Below are positions 1 to 12,200 of a stretch of DNA of 36,589 nucleotides, piece by piece (the first letter of the stretch is position 1; every line of letters begins with the position of its first letter). The notes beneath the pieces are model-generated. The model had not been told where the DNA came from, did no database searches, and saw nothing but the letters and a program-made list of their open reading frames with translations. The DNA comes from Streblomastix strix (taxonomy: Eukaryota): the NCBI GenBank assembly GCA_008636045.1, contig SNRW01000041.1:1-36589 (forward strand), in the 5' to 3' direction. Both the position numbers and the translations under genes were made by a program.

Positions 1-2
1 GA

Positions 3-3000
3 TTCTTTCTTCCAAATGGAAAAGAAATTATTCACAAACCAATTGTGATTGTTTCTACCATGAACGGTGCCGCTTTATCAAATGCTAGATCTACATTAAG
101 TACAAAACTTCAAGGAGCTTCTCATTTTCTTCGGTTAATGCCATTTAATGAAAGTGAACTTGATGTGCTTGCCTAAGCTATTTTAGAAGGAAAAATAAAC
201 AATCGTGAAAAATCTACTTCAATTGAGAAAATCATGAAAGCACATAAAAGAGCTGCTACAATTATGGAACATGAAACTGGAACTGCAAATGAACGTGATT
301 CCATAACATTGAGAGAAATACTTCATTTTCGAATGATGCGAGACACTTGCCCTAATTTTAATACAGATCAATTAATTGAATTGGTTTATTCAACATAGTT
401 CAACAGAAAGACTGCTGAACAATTTCTGAAAGATATTGATATTACATAAACAAAAGATGACATTATTCCACTTATTCGTGATGGAAATCTTATTCTATCT
501 GATTCTGTCAAAGTACCAATTTCCACATAATCAACTAATGGTCCTTTGGATCTTCCTCTCACTGCAGAATAAAGAAGAGTAATGCGTTTGATTGGAGCTG
601 GTGTGATGACTAACAGACCAGTGGCATTATTTGGAGAAAGTGGAGCTGGGAAAACACATGTTGTTAGAACTCTTGCACAAACTGTCGGAAAGCATTTGGG
701 TGTCATTCAATTTAATGCTGACACCGACAGCTCCTCAATTATAGGATCTTTAGAGATTGATGGGAATGAGGAATTTGCCAAAAAACTGATTTTAAGAGCA
801 AAAGACATTACAGAACGTGCAATAGATGCAAGACATCCATTATCTATAGAATTTACAGCAGCAGCTCTCAATGACATACCTGATATCAGTGATGTTGAAA
901 TTATTCTTAGAAAAATATCAGAAAATTCAACTTTAAATGATAATGAAGAAAATTAACAAGATTTAAACTTGATCAAATCGGATTCAAAATAATTAATAAC
1001 AGATATTGTTGAGTTTTAATAACAATCAGCCAGGAACTTTATATTCAAAGAAGGAATTCTTTTGAGAATGATGAGATAAGGCGGTTGGGTACTATTAGAT
1101 GGAGTAGAATCAGCTCCTCATGAAGTAGAACGGCTTATGTCATTATTAGAAGAAAATCCTACATTAACCATTTATGAAGGAGTAAGACCAATGATATTTC
1201 ATGGCCGTGGTGCTAGAAAAGACAATTAAAATAACGAAGGAAAAAATAAACTAGAGAAAGGGAAAGAAAATGATGAAGAGGAAAGTATTGAAATTACAGA
1301 AGGATTTCAAATATTTATCACCTGCAATGATTTGAAAAAACTTTCACCTGCACTTAGATCAAGATGTTTTTGTATACAGATGGAATCAGCTCAAGAAGAA
1401 GTTCAATTGAAAGAATTGGCTGAAAGTGCACTGAGTCAATCTGATGTGGGTAGAGCTTATAGCATTCCAATTTCACTGATACTTAGCAAAACATTTTGTC
1501 ATGCTAGAGAAATGAGTAAAAATCGAAAGCTACTTTTCAGCAAAGACACTTTTTCACCTCACAGAATTGTTAATTCTGCCCGTGGAATAGGAAATTATAA
1601 AATTACAGCCAAAAATATTGCATCTGGAGTAGTTATGTCATTTATAAGATGTTTTAAATTAGATGAAGATCAAAAAGATATTTCAATTAATTCTGAAGAG
1701 ATTGTTAAGAAGATTAGTAAGGAAAAAATAGCAGTAAGCTCAAATAGATGGGAAGAATTTATAAAACAAGCTGGATAATTTGAATATGCAACAGTTTATT
1801 AATACATTAAAGAGAAAGGAATGAAATGGCTTGATGATGCAGATGAATTATTACGATAACTCTTCTCGATTTATTGTAAGGGAAAAGATAGAATAAAAAC
1901 TTTGCATCTTAATGATAATATTGAAAATTTTTAAATTAAAGATTTACTGAATATTTTATGGAGATCTGTAATTGAATGGCTTAAAGAGATGAAAATAAGT
2001 GATATTCGAAATACAGTTTCTGTTTTATCTGAAGTTGATTTCGTCATTACATCACTCTATGGTATTGCAACTCCAATATCCTAAAAATTCTTTAGATTGC
2101 ATTACCTTCTTGAGATACTTCAACCTGCTATAGAATTATCTGATCTCAATGTGGGATAAGGAGATATATTGATTCAGAAAAGTATCAAAAAAGATGGCTT
2201 TGCAGGATATAAAATTGAAGGGAAAACCCCAGAAGATTGGATGTTGATAATAGCTCGAATTTAACATACAATTTAGATATTCACTTCACTTCCAGAAATA
2301 TTTCCAACTATTCCTGTCTATTTATATATTCTCTCAACTTACATGAAGAATTTCTTTGAATAATAAATAATAAAAGCATCGAGTATCAAACCAACAGCAA
2401 TAATTTTAGTTGAACATTTATATATTCGAAAAATACTTCGATATATAAACCTAATGAGTAAAGAGGATGAATCAGCTACAGTTGTTGGACATCTTGCTCG
2501 ATCATATCTTGATATTAATATGTATATTAACAATGCACCTCTATAGGAGAAAGATAACAAAACAATACAGATAATTCTTCGTAAAAATTAAAATCCAATA
2601 ATAAGATTTGGAGAACAAGAAATCCAAGCTCAAATAGCTGAAGTATCCCAATTAATTCCAACAAGCTAACTTCAAATTACTCCTTTTCTTGATTTAGACT
2701 TATCTTCATTAACAAAATAAACTAATGATGAGATATTTAATATGAAAGAAATAACTTCCGAGTAAAAATTATGGATTTTAACTGATCTATTTGCTGAAAT
2801 TCCGAGTGATTTTCTAACTCAAAATAAAGTACTTTTAGAATTAATATAATCAATTCGCCAATATAAAATAAATGCAATTTAAATTGGAAAAGAACCATTT
2901 GAAACATCTCTTCTTCCACTTAATGCAAAATTATGTGAAAAAGCATTTGAAATTGCCTTGTTTATGAATAACACAGATAAACAAAATCCCCGTGAGTTTG

Positions 3001-6000
3001 CAGAACATCTTCTTTAAATACATAAACCAGCTGAAAATGTTTTGAATTATTTGGCTTCCTTTGATGATTCATCTAATGAAATTATAAAAATTTTCAAGGA
3101 TGTTGGAATTGATCTTTGGTAAGATGTTGCTTAATTTTTCATTGATATTCGTATATAAGTTATTGAATTGGATGAAATTGGTCAAATGGCTGAAAAATAG
3201 AGGATATTAGTAAATGATTTCAAATCATAAATATAGAATCTTGAAAATATCAGCAAAAGTACGAAATTTGAAAAAGAAGCTGCTATTGTAGTATATTTTC
3301 TTAGAAAGATTAATGAACCTCTCAGAAAAGCTGATCTATAAAGACTTCAAAATAGCACATTGCAACTTAATGCATTTTTCTAATCAGTAAAGCGTCGTAA
3401 AGATATTGACAGTGATTCAGTGAAAATACCTCAAATTGTTGATAAATATGTTTGGGAACCAAGATATGATAATATAATAACTGCACTTCTAGAATATTCT
3501 GTACGAGAAGAGGCAATTTCAAAAACAGCTGAAGATGCTTCATTTGATAACATTGTTTCAATTTTAGCATTATTCAAACAAGATCAGAGTGTAGACAAAA
3601 TTGTAAACCCTTTTGTATACCTCCTTGAATAAGCAAAAGAAGGTTAAAAACTTAAAAAAGATGATATTACTCAATTATAATCATTAAGCAGAATTCATTT
3701 ACTTTGTACTGCAATTTTTAATGATTAGCATAATACAATAAAACTTTCTGAAGTACTTTAATTACTTCTGCGAGGTGATGAACATATTGTTCATGTTCTT
3801 CAGAATTCACCACATAATGTGAAGTTTATTCAATTTCCTGAATTTAAACCAGCTGATCTTCTTTCTTGCATTTAATTCACAACTGCATCAGGAACATTCT
3901 CTGGACCATTAACACAATCAAGTAATTATTCTCCTTTTAATATTAAAAATTTTATTCCACAAAATACATAAGAAGCACTTTTAAAGTGTGCAGAGCTTCT
4001 TAAGGGAAAAGATCTGAAAAAAAAATTGGAATAAAAAAATATATCTTAATGGAATGCACTTATTCCAAATGATAATTCTGGTCAAATACTTCGAAGATTA
4101 TTAAGAATTTCAGAAGAAATTAAATAATAATAATTTTATACTGAATGGCTTTTAGATCCGGATTCTGATATAAAAACATTGAAACGAGAACTTTGTAATA
4201 ATCCTGGGTAAGGAATTGCATATCAAAAGAATCCTGCTGAATATAAATAAGCATTAGTTACTAAAAATGAGTGGGAAAATAAAAAAAGATTATCAGTTCA
4301 TTATATCCTATTACTTGCATTTGCAAATTAAAGTCAAACACCAAAACCATAAAATTAATATCATTAAACTTGGGAAGATAAATTTCATTCAATGCTACTT
4401 TAACTTGATAGAAGAAATAAACCTTTTGGATATCGAATTGCAAACCTGCTTGAATGCAATCTTATTGAAGATAATGAAGCATAAATAGCAAGATCTGTTA
4501 TTACTATTATCTTACATATCTCCAACATATCACGAAGTATACTTGATGATTTTGGGTTAGACAAACTAATCCTTATTTCAATTCAAGAATATGTAGAAAG
4601 ATTATTTGAAGATGAAAAAGTTCCACTAGAAACAACACCACTTATTGATCTACGAACTTCGCTTGTTTGTTTGGTATTAAAGAAATTTGAAAATGTAAAC
4701 AAGAAAGTATAAATTGAATAAAATTAAAGAAACAGTAGAAATAGAAATTTTCTTATCACTGCTTTATAAGATCTTATTGTTGATATTTAGATGTGGATAT
4801 TAAAGTATAGCACTAAATAAGATGCCTATACTGGCACTCTTTCTAATCCACTTCAAAAAATGGATAAAGAAGAAACTAAAAAAACATAATGGATAAGAGA
4901 TGCTGGTTAAAAATTAATTGATAAAGCCTAAAATAACATGCATGATGCTCTTGAAGTTGCAAAAATGATCAAGTTGGAGAGATCTGGTATTTTTTATTAT
5001 AAACCTCCACGATTGCTATGTATTTGTGAAGATGACAGACTTGATGGATATTTCTCTGAATATGAATGTCCTGCATATAAAAATCTTTAAGATAAATGCG
5101 ATAAATTCATTTTTTAATACTCAAAATTATCATCTGACTCTAATTAACCAAATATGAAATTTTATAATGAATTTAAAAATTAATTCCCCAACATAGAAAA
5201 AGAAATTAAATAACGAGGAGAAAATTCACTATTTAGAGAAAAAATGCTTACTGAACTAAAAATTAAATAATATCCAATAGCATTAGCTTAAGCGATTTCA
5301 AGATTTATTCCTCTTTTTGCTCCAATTGATTTAGAACGTACAAAAAATCTTCGAATAGATCCAACAATAACAGTTAGAAGTGAAGATTAATCTATTATTG
5401 GAAAAGATTTCAATGCTCTTATTGGAGGAACTGGAAAAGATTAAATACGATTTATATCTTCTTCTATCACTGCAGACTTTGGTATTCATATTGATAGAGC
5501 TTAAACTTCAAATTGTGGAAATGTGACTTTTGATAATTTATCAAGTGATGATGTAACAATTGAATTGAAAAATGTCGAAGAAAACAAAATGAAAATAAAA
5601 TTGGCTTCTAATTCAGTAAATGTTGGAGAAAAGATTTATATATAATTTTATGTTGTTGAATAATCTTCTGAAGAACCTTCTTTGGCAAGCATTATTTTCA
5701 AAATTGTTGCAAAGAGTAAAAAGAATTCAAATTAAACAGCAATATGTGAAATACGCGCATTTGTACGTAGAACACCTTTATGTGCATTAATTGAATCATC
5801 TTCATCTTTGATGCTCAATAGTGCCACTTCATGCACACTTGCACCAAAGAAATTTACTGAATTAATTAACATTATTCATCATATTCCTCGTGTTTCTTTA
5901 TCGTCAAGAGCTATTGGATGGTCAGTGAATTCTAATGATACCAATGTTGCTAATAAACCATTGGTAACAATGAATGAAGAAAAACATAAAATGGTGATTC

Positions 6001-9000
6001 AATTTGAATCAGATACAACTGGTACATGTGCAGGATAAATGACAATTGGATTTGGTTAGACTGAATTTTATAAAATCAATCTAAAAGTACCCGTTTCGCG
6101 AATTCCTTTAATCAAAATATATCATCCAGCAAATCCAAAACTCACAAGTATAAGCATAATATAATCTAACTTTACTCATATTGTTATCTAAAATAATGGA
6201 GATTTAGAAAGAGAAATATAATTGAATTCATCTGAAGAAGAAGATATATTTGAATATAATTCTTTTCTTTTAAAACAATAATCATCAAAAATAATTAAGG
6301 TTATTTTTAACTAAGCAGAAGAACATATCATTTCTGATGGAATATCTAAAATTATAATAAGACTCGTAAGAACCAAATTAAGCTTTTCTTAACATTAAGG
6401 TAATGCTGATATCTATATCCAAGAAGGAGTTTATTTTCCATGCTTCAAGATTAATGTTGATGGTTCATCTGAATTTAAATATTAGAATAGATAATCATTC
6501 TCAAATGGATAATATCCCACAATTGTGACAGAAAACGACTGTATGAATAAACTCTTACCAATGAAAGCATAATAAGAATATAATTCTATGAAACGATGGA
6601 TATTAGATCCAAAATAAGGTTTTATAAGTATTAAAGCAAATGTTTCAGTATATCCAGAAGCATGCGTTCTATGGGCAGAAAATGGAAAAAATCATTAATA
6701 TTTTCGCATTATTGATTAAACTTTGGATAGAGATATTAAATAAGCTGATGATAAAATCGAAGAAGCTAATGATTTTACAGGAAATAAAACTGCAGGAATT
6801 CCAAAATTACTTGTTGATGCATCAAATTTATTCTTGACTTCAAAAAGTAAGATTAATTAAGTTGATCGCGATTCTGTCCTTAAAAGTGCACAAAAAGGAG
6901 CAAAAGAAAAAAATGAAGGATAAATTTTCAGTTAGATTATTCTGGCGCTTGATAATGAAGTTTAGAGATAAACAGATAAAACAATTCCAGAAATTATTAC
7001 ATTAATTTGCAGATAATTGACAAAGAGAGAAGATTGGTCAACTTCAATTCCTGCAGTGCCATCAACATGGACAGGAATAGAAAGAGAAAATAAAATAAAA
7101 GGAATGCATCTTATTTGGGGAGCAATAACGCTTCTTAGTACATTAAGAAATCCACTCACACTAACAAAACATGAGATTAAAATATTCAGATAAAAATTAT
7201 TGAGTGAATCTCCAACTCCTGAATTCGACAGAAAACTTCATTAAAATGAAGACATAGAAATTGAATAAGAAACAAATGGTTAAGAAATTGATTGTGTTGG
7301 TATAATATATGGAAGATTTACAGAAGCAGAAGCAGTGTAGCGGTTGTTTGATAAAATAGAGAATATAAAACCACCCGAATTTCCTCCTCTAACTGGAAAC
7401 CAAGAAAATAATAAACCAATTTCAATTAAAGACTTATTGAACAAAGTTTAAGACAAACTGGACAATTCCGTCAACAAATTTTAAACAATTAAAAATCCAT
7501 CTGAACTTAATTAACTTCTCATATAAATTCCTTCAATTACGAGTCAAATAATTATTGCTGCATAATGTGCCGAGAATTAAAATATCTCTAAACTTATTTC
7601 AAATCTTGGCATATTAACAATTATTTGTTAAGAATTACAAAAAAGTAAGGAGAATATGTAATTATTTTATGTTCAGATATAAAAATCAGTATAAGGATGC
7701 TATAGATCATGGGCACAATTAATAAAAGCTGGTGTCAATCCTCCAAATTAGCTTAATATATCAAGAGATATATTAAATAAAATTTAAAGTTCTGGAGTTA
7801 GCACACATAATGTTGAAGTTGCGAATATACCTGAATGTCAATTACCGCATGGAGTTTGGCACACGTAAATGGATAAAACTGCTCATATTGCAGGAGTAAG
7901 AGTTTCTTCAAAAATTTAAATCCCAAAATTGCAGATTGCTTTAAATGAAATATCTCAAACTGATGGAATTTCAAATATAAATGCATCAAGCGAAAGACCT
8001 TTAGAATCAGCTAGGTAAAATTTACTTCCTTAGATCAAATTGGATGTGATTTAGTTAAATAAAAAAAATAATAGCACTGTTGATTTATCCGATGAAAAGA
8101 TGGCTATAGCAATCCGTGATACTTTTGTTGAAAAACCTCTATAAGAAGAATTAAATGAAGGTGAAGAGTTTATACCAAAATAAGTTAATATAAATGAGAT
8201 TTAAACTCAATTAATATAAGTAGACATTACTGAAATATTGAAAGGAAAGAAAGTAGAAGATTTACTAATAATGGAATATGAAGCTGTAAGAAGAGCTCCT
8301 AAAGGAATTAATAATAAGAAGAAGGTATCAGAAGGGAGGGTAGTTGTTCCAATTGATGGTACATAAGATCGACATGAAGCAAATAGTATTGAAAATAGGC
8401 CTGAAATTATCGAACTTCACTAGCTTTCATTACAGATTCAATCATTGCTTTATGCTGAGATTGCACGTTACTTAAAGCCTTTTGATCAGAACAAAATAAT
8501 ACCATACACATTACATGATACAGAAGTTTCTATTATGGTTGATATAAGCTCATCTATGACTAAATTGTCAAAGATGAAATAAATGGGAGCAATGGTTCTT
8601 GTTTCTGGAATATCTGAGATTCTATCAAGTTTTGGTATACAATTGCACATTTTTGCATTTGCTGATAGAGAAGCTATCTGGAAACTTTCTGACTCTAATC
8701 ATCATAATCCACAAGAAGATTTGATTCGTCTTGTTGATTCTCTTCGTGAAGGTGGACGACCTGGATCATGCCCATTAGATGCTGCAATCACATCACACAA
8801 TGAATGGGCAATAAGATTAAATAATAATTCATAGGAAATATAAGTAGTTCCAAATCACTTAACAATAATTATTTCTGACTTCATCAGTGCTTAAGTTCTT
8901 GATAGAGATCGAGATTGGTCAACAGAGAATACTGGAAGATGTATACTTATTTCTCTGAATACTGAATTTAATTAAGAATTACTGGATACAAAAAATATTC

Positions 9001-11984
9001 CGAAAGAATTGTATGAAAATGGTATTTTCCCAAAATTCACTCCAGGAAATAATATCTCTTCACTCTGCATTGATCCAAAGGAACTTTGTTCTGGGTTTGC
9101 ATCTACTAATACCAGTAAAATACCCAAAATATTATCAGAAATTGCAAGTAAAATCATCACAAAAACTGATTAGAAACATCCAGACAAATAAAAATCTACT
9201 TCACTTGCTATTTGTGCCCCAGTTTAAGATAAATCAATGTTTTGGGCAAATATCACACAATCTCATGAAATTAAAGCAAAATCAAATGAAAATGAAGAAA
9301 AAACTAAAACCGATTTCTTTGTTTAAATCAAACAAACATCAAATTTTGCACTAGTAGCTCTTAACACTACACTGAAAAAAATTTTTTTGAAAGAACCAAA
9401 AAATATTGAAACTGATAACAAATGGCTTCAACGATAAGCATCAAACGATAATAAAATTCCATTTATTGGAATCGCCAGAGATGTAGCTACAACAGCTCTT
9501 ACACATTATCTTGTTCCTAATCGAGCAGCAGGAAAGGAACCATCAGCTTCTTCTGGTCAATTATGGATTCCTGGACTCAGGAGATTCATTTAGTCTGGTT
9601 TCACTTATCCATATCTGTTTTTGAAGAAGAGTAGAAGGAATTAAAAAGCTTATTCAATAACATTTGTGATTGACAATACACAACGAATCTTCTCACCCTT
9701 AAATATCCTGCATACTGTAAGCACAATTGCATCTTTGATTAATTCAGTTACTCTTATTCCAGATGGAGATGAAATTGTTGTTGATGTTATTGCTGCCAGT
9801 GATGGAAAAGCAAATCTATTAATACAAAACATTCAAGTTAACCTTCTTTCAGATTGGACATTAATATCAGATATTCTTCGGACAGCTGATAAAATTGCAG
9901 GAACAGAAAGTGGGTTAGGAATTGGAATTGCTTCAGCTCTACAATTAACTTCAAGACGAAGTGGAGTTGGATTTGGAAGACGTATAATAGCATTCACAGA
10001 TAGCATTATATCAAATGCTTCCGAAGTATCTACATTGCGATAAGGTTTGATTGATTGTGATGCAAGTCAAATTGATGTTTTAGGTGTTGGATTAGGAATT
10101 GCTCCATTATAACTACCCCTTCTATTTCCAAATGCTGTATATGCTCCAAATTCAGCTGATCTTGGACGAGCAATGGCTGTAGCACTTGGTGTTTCTGGAG
10201 TATAATCAAGTGAAAATATTATTCCAAGACAATTATTTTCTATCACTGACAAAGATCAATTAAAAAAATTAGAAGGCCTTTTGTGTGGAAACCCGTAAAT
10301 GTGCACATAATTGGCTTAAAACATCCGAGAACGAGAATTATCCTTAGATTTCTTTGAAACATTTGGTGATACAGATTTATTATATATGAAAGGAGATGCA
10401 AAAGGACTAAAATAAAATGCAGAAAAAGATCCATATTATAATAAATCTTTCGAAGGATTTTAAATACTTATCGTCTGTTTATATCTTGGAGCGAATGAGG
10501 GAGATAAATAAAAGTTATTCAAATAAAATATATTTGATAATCAATGTGGAGCTGTGCTGAGGAGAAAAGGATTTAATTATAAGTTTGTATGCTCATATGG
10601 AGAAGGATTGAATGAATTAACACGTGTTGAGAATGATAGATGTCCATACACTCAACTCTGGTTATTCTCATCTGAAGGATATGGAGAATTACCTAAAGAA
10701 GCTTTAGATAAAGATACAAAAAAGATTATTCCGTTCTTATAAGCAGTAACAGACTTCTGGTAAAATGGAGGTGGTCTTTTCTTATTCTGTGATAATCACC
10801 CTTACAATTTCGAAGCAAATTATCTCCTTGCGAATCACTTCATTTTCACACATGGAGGTAGAAGTGGTGTTTCTTCTATTCGTCTTGGAGGAAATTATCG
10901 AGGTCTAAATTAAATTCAAGTTGCGCCAACTGAAGCTGCTTCAAAAGGATCATTCAATCCAATTTTACATTTAAATCCCCCAGGTTCAGCAAAAAGTCGA
11001 ATATCACTTAGACCTGGGTTGATTCATTTTTCTGAAGGAAATACAATCTCTTTTGTAGTTGATGAAAAAGATTAGCCACTTACAACTGCAGAGTAACTTT
11101 GGCCATTCACTCCATTTGCATGGACATCAGAGAATGTAGATCCACCTCGTCCATTCATTCTTTTCTTTGATCCTTAAATACCACCAGATTCAGAAGCATA
11201 ATATTGTAGTGAAACATGCAAAGAAGCAAAAACTTCTCCAGGACCAATTGTTCTTCATGGAGGATTCACTTCTGCATTCTCAGAGTTTGGTGAAGATGAA
11301 AAAGGAATGGGAAGATTAGTTGTATCGATTGCATGTTGGTTAACAAGATTTGAAGAGAGAGTTTGTGCATCAAAAATCAAAGGTGCACTACTTCTTACAA
11401 CATCACCAGCACTTAAGAAATAACATTCCCACAAAACATTCACTAAATGGAGGATAAAACCTGTAGTTGTTAAACCTCGACACTCAATCCTGATACTTGA
11501 CGGATCGGGCTCGATGAGAGGATCATACGGCTAATTAATTATTGCATCAAACTAATATATAAGCTCCTAATCACAAAATGGTGGAATAATATCTGTTGTT
11601 TCTTTCTCAAGTTCAGCTAAAGTTTTATATGAACGATAAAACAGGCAATTAGGTCCTACGGAAGGTTATGACGCTGGTGGAACTAACTTTCAAGCTGCTT
11701 TACAAACCGCCATTCCTTTAGCTCAAAGAAATACTCCATAATATGAATGCAGAATACTCTTTTTCACTGACGGATATTCTGAAACTGATGCAACAGCAGA
11801 ATGCAACTAACTTGCGACTTTTGGTGTTAGGATTGATGTTGTTGGGTTTGGCAAACTTAGTGAGAAATCATTAAATAGTCTAGTTCGTTGTGGAGGTAAA
11901 GTTTCAATTGGAAAAACTATGGATGATGTAGTGAAAATCTTCGTTCGGATTGCTGCAACTGATGATGAAAACTAGACAAAATGA
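3..11984 (+). CDS. Giant midasin/MoxR-like AAA+ ATPase with three VWA domains and a GATase-like domain; 5'-partial, ~3,990 aa within the window, apparently intronless
   Basis: ORF-track fragments starting at 582, 1332, 3420, 5808, 8583, 9666 and 10554 share one frame and are broken only by TAA/TAG where checked; the frame ends at TGA 11982-11984. Motifs: end of one AAA module (IVSTMN..LSTKL) at the window start; Walker A GESGAGKT 633-656; FIFKEGILLRMMRQGGWVLLDGVE; FQIFITCN..LSPALRSRC; VWA1 MVDISSSM ~8535-8558; midasin-like pre-VWA segment and VWA2 ~9516-10200; VWA3 LILDGSGSM..GGTNF..ILFFTDG ~11478-11960. Confidence 0.88.
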
Positions 11985-12200
11985 ATATTATTTCCCAATT
12001 CATTCTAAAATAGAACATATTTTTTTTTAATTTATTGTTGTTCATTTATTTTCATCATCAAACATTAGTGAGTGTCATTTCAAAGTTTGTAAATCAATAA
12101 ACTCTACTATTATTTATATTTAATTTGTTTTGAAATAACTATACGAATGAAAAATATATTGGAATTATAAATAAGAAACTCTTAAAAATAATGTCTATTA

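Noticed and set aside
3..11984. Calling the giant ORF canonical midasin (MDN1/REA1)
   Set aside because: No D/E-rich tail, three VWA domains and an extra enzyme-like domain; orthology cannot be supported from this window.
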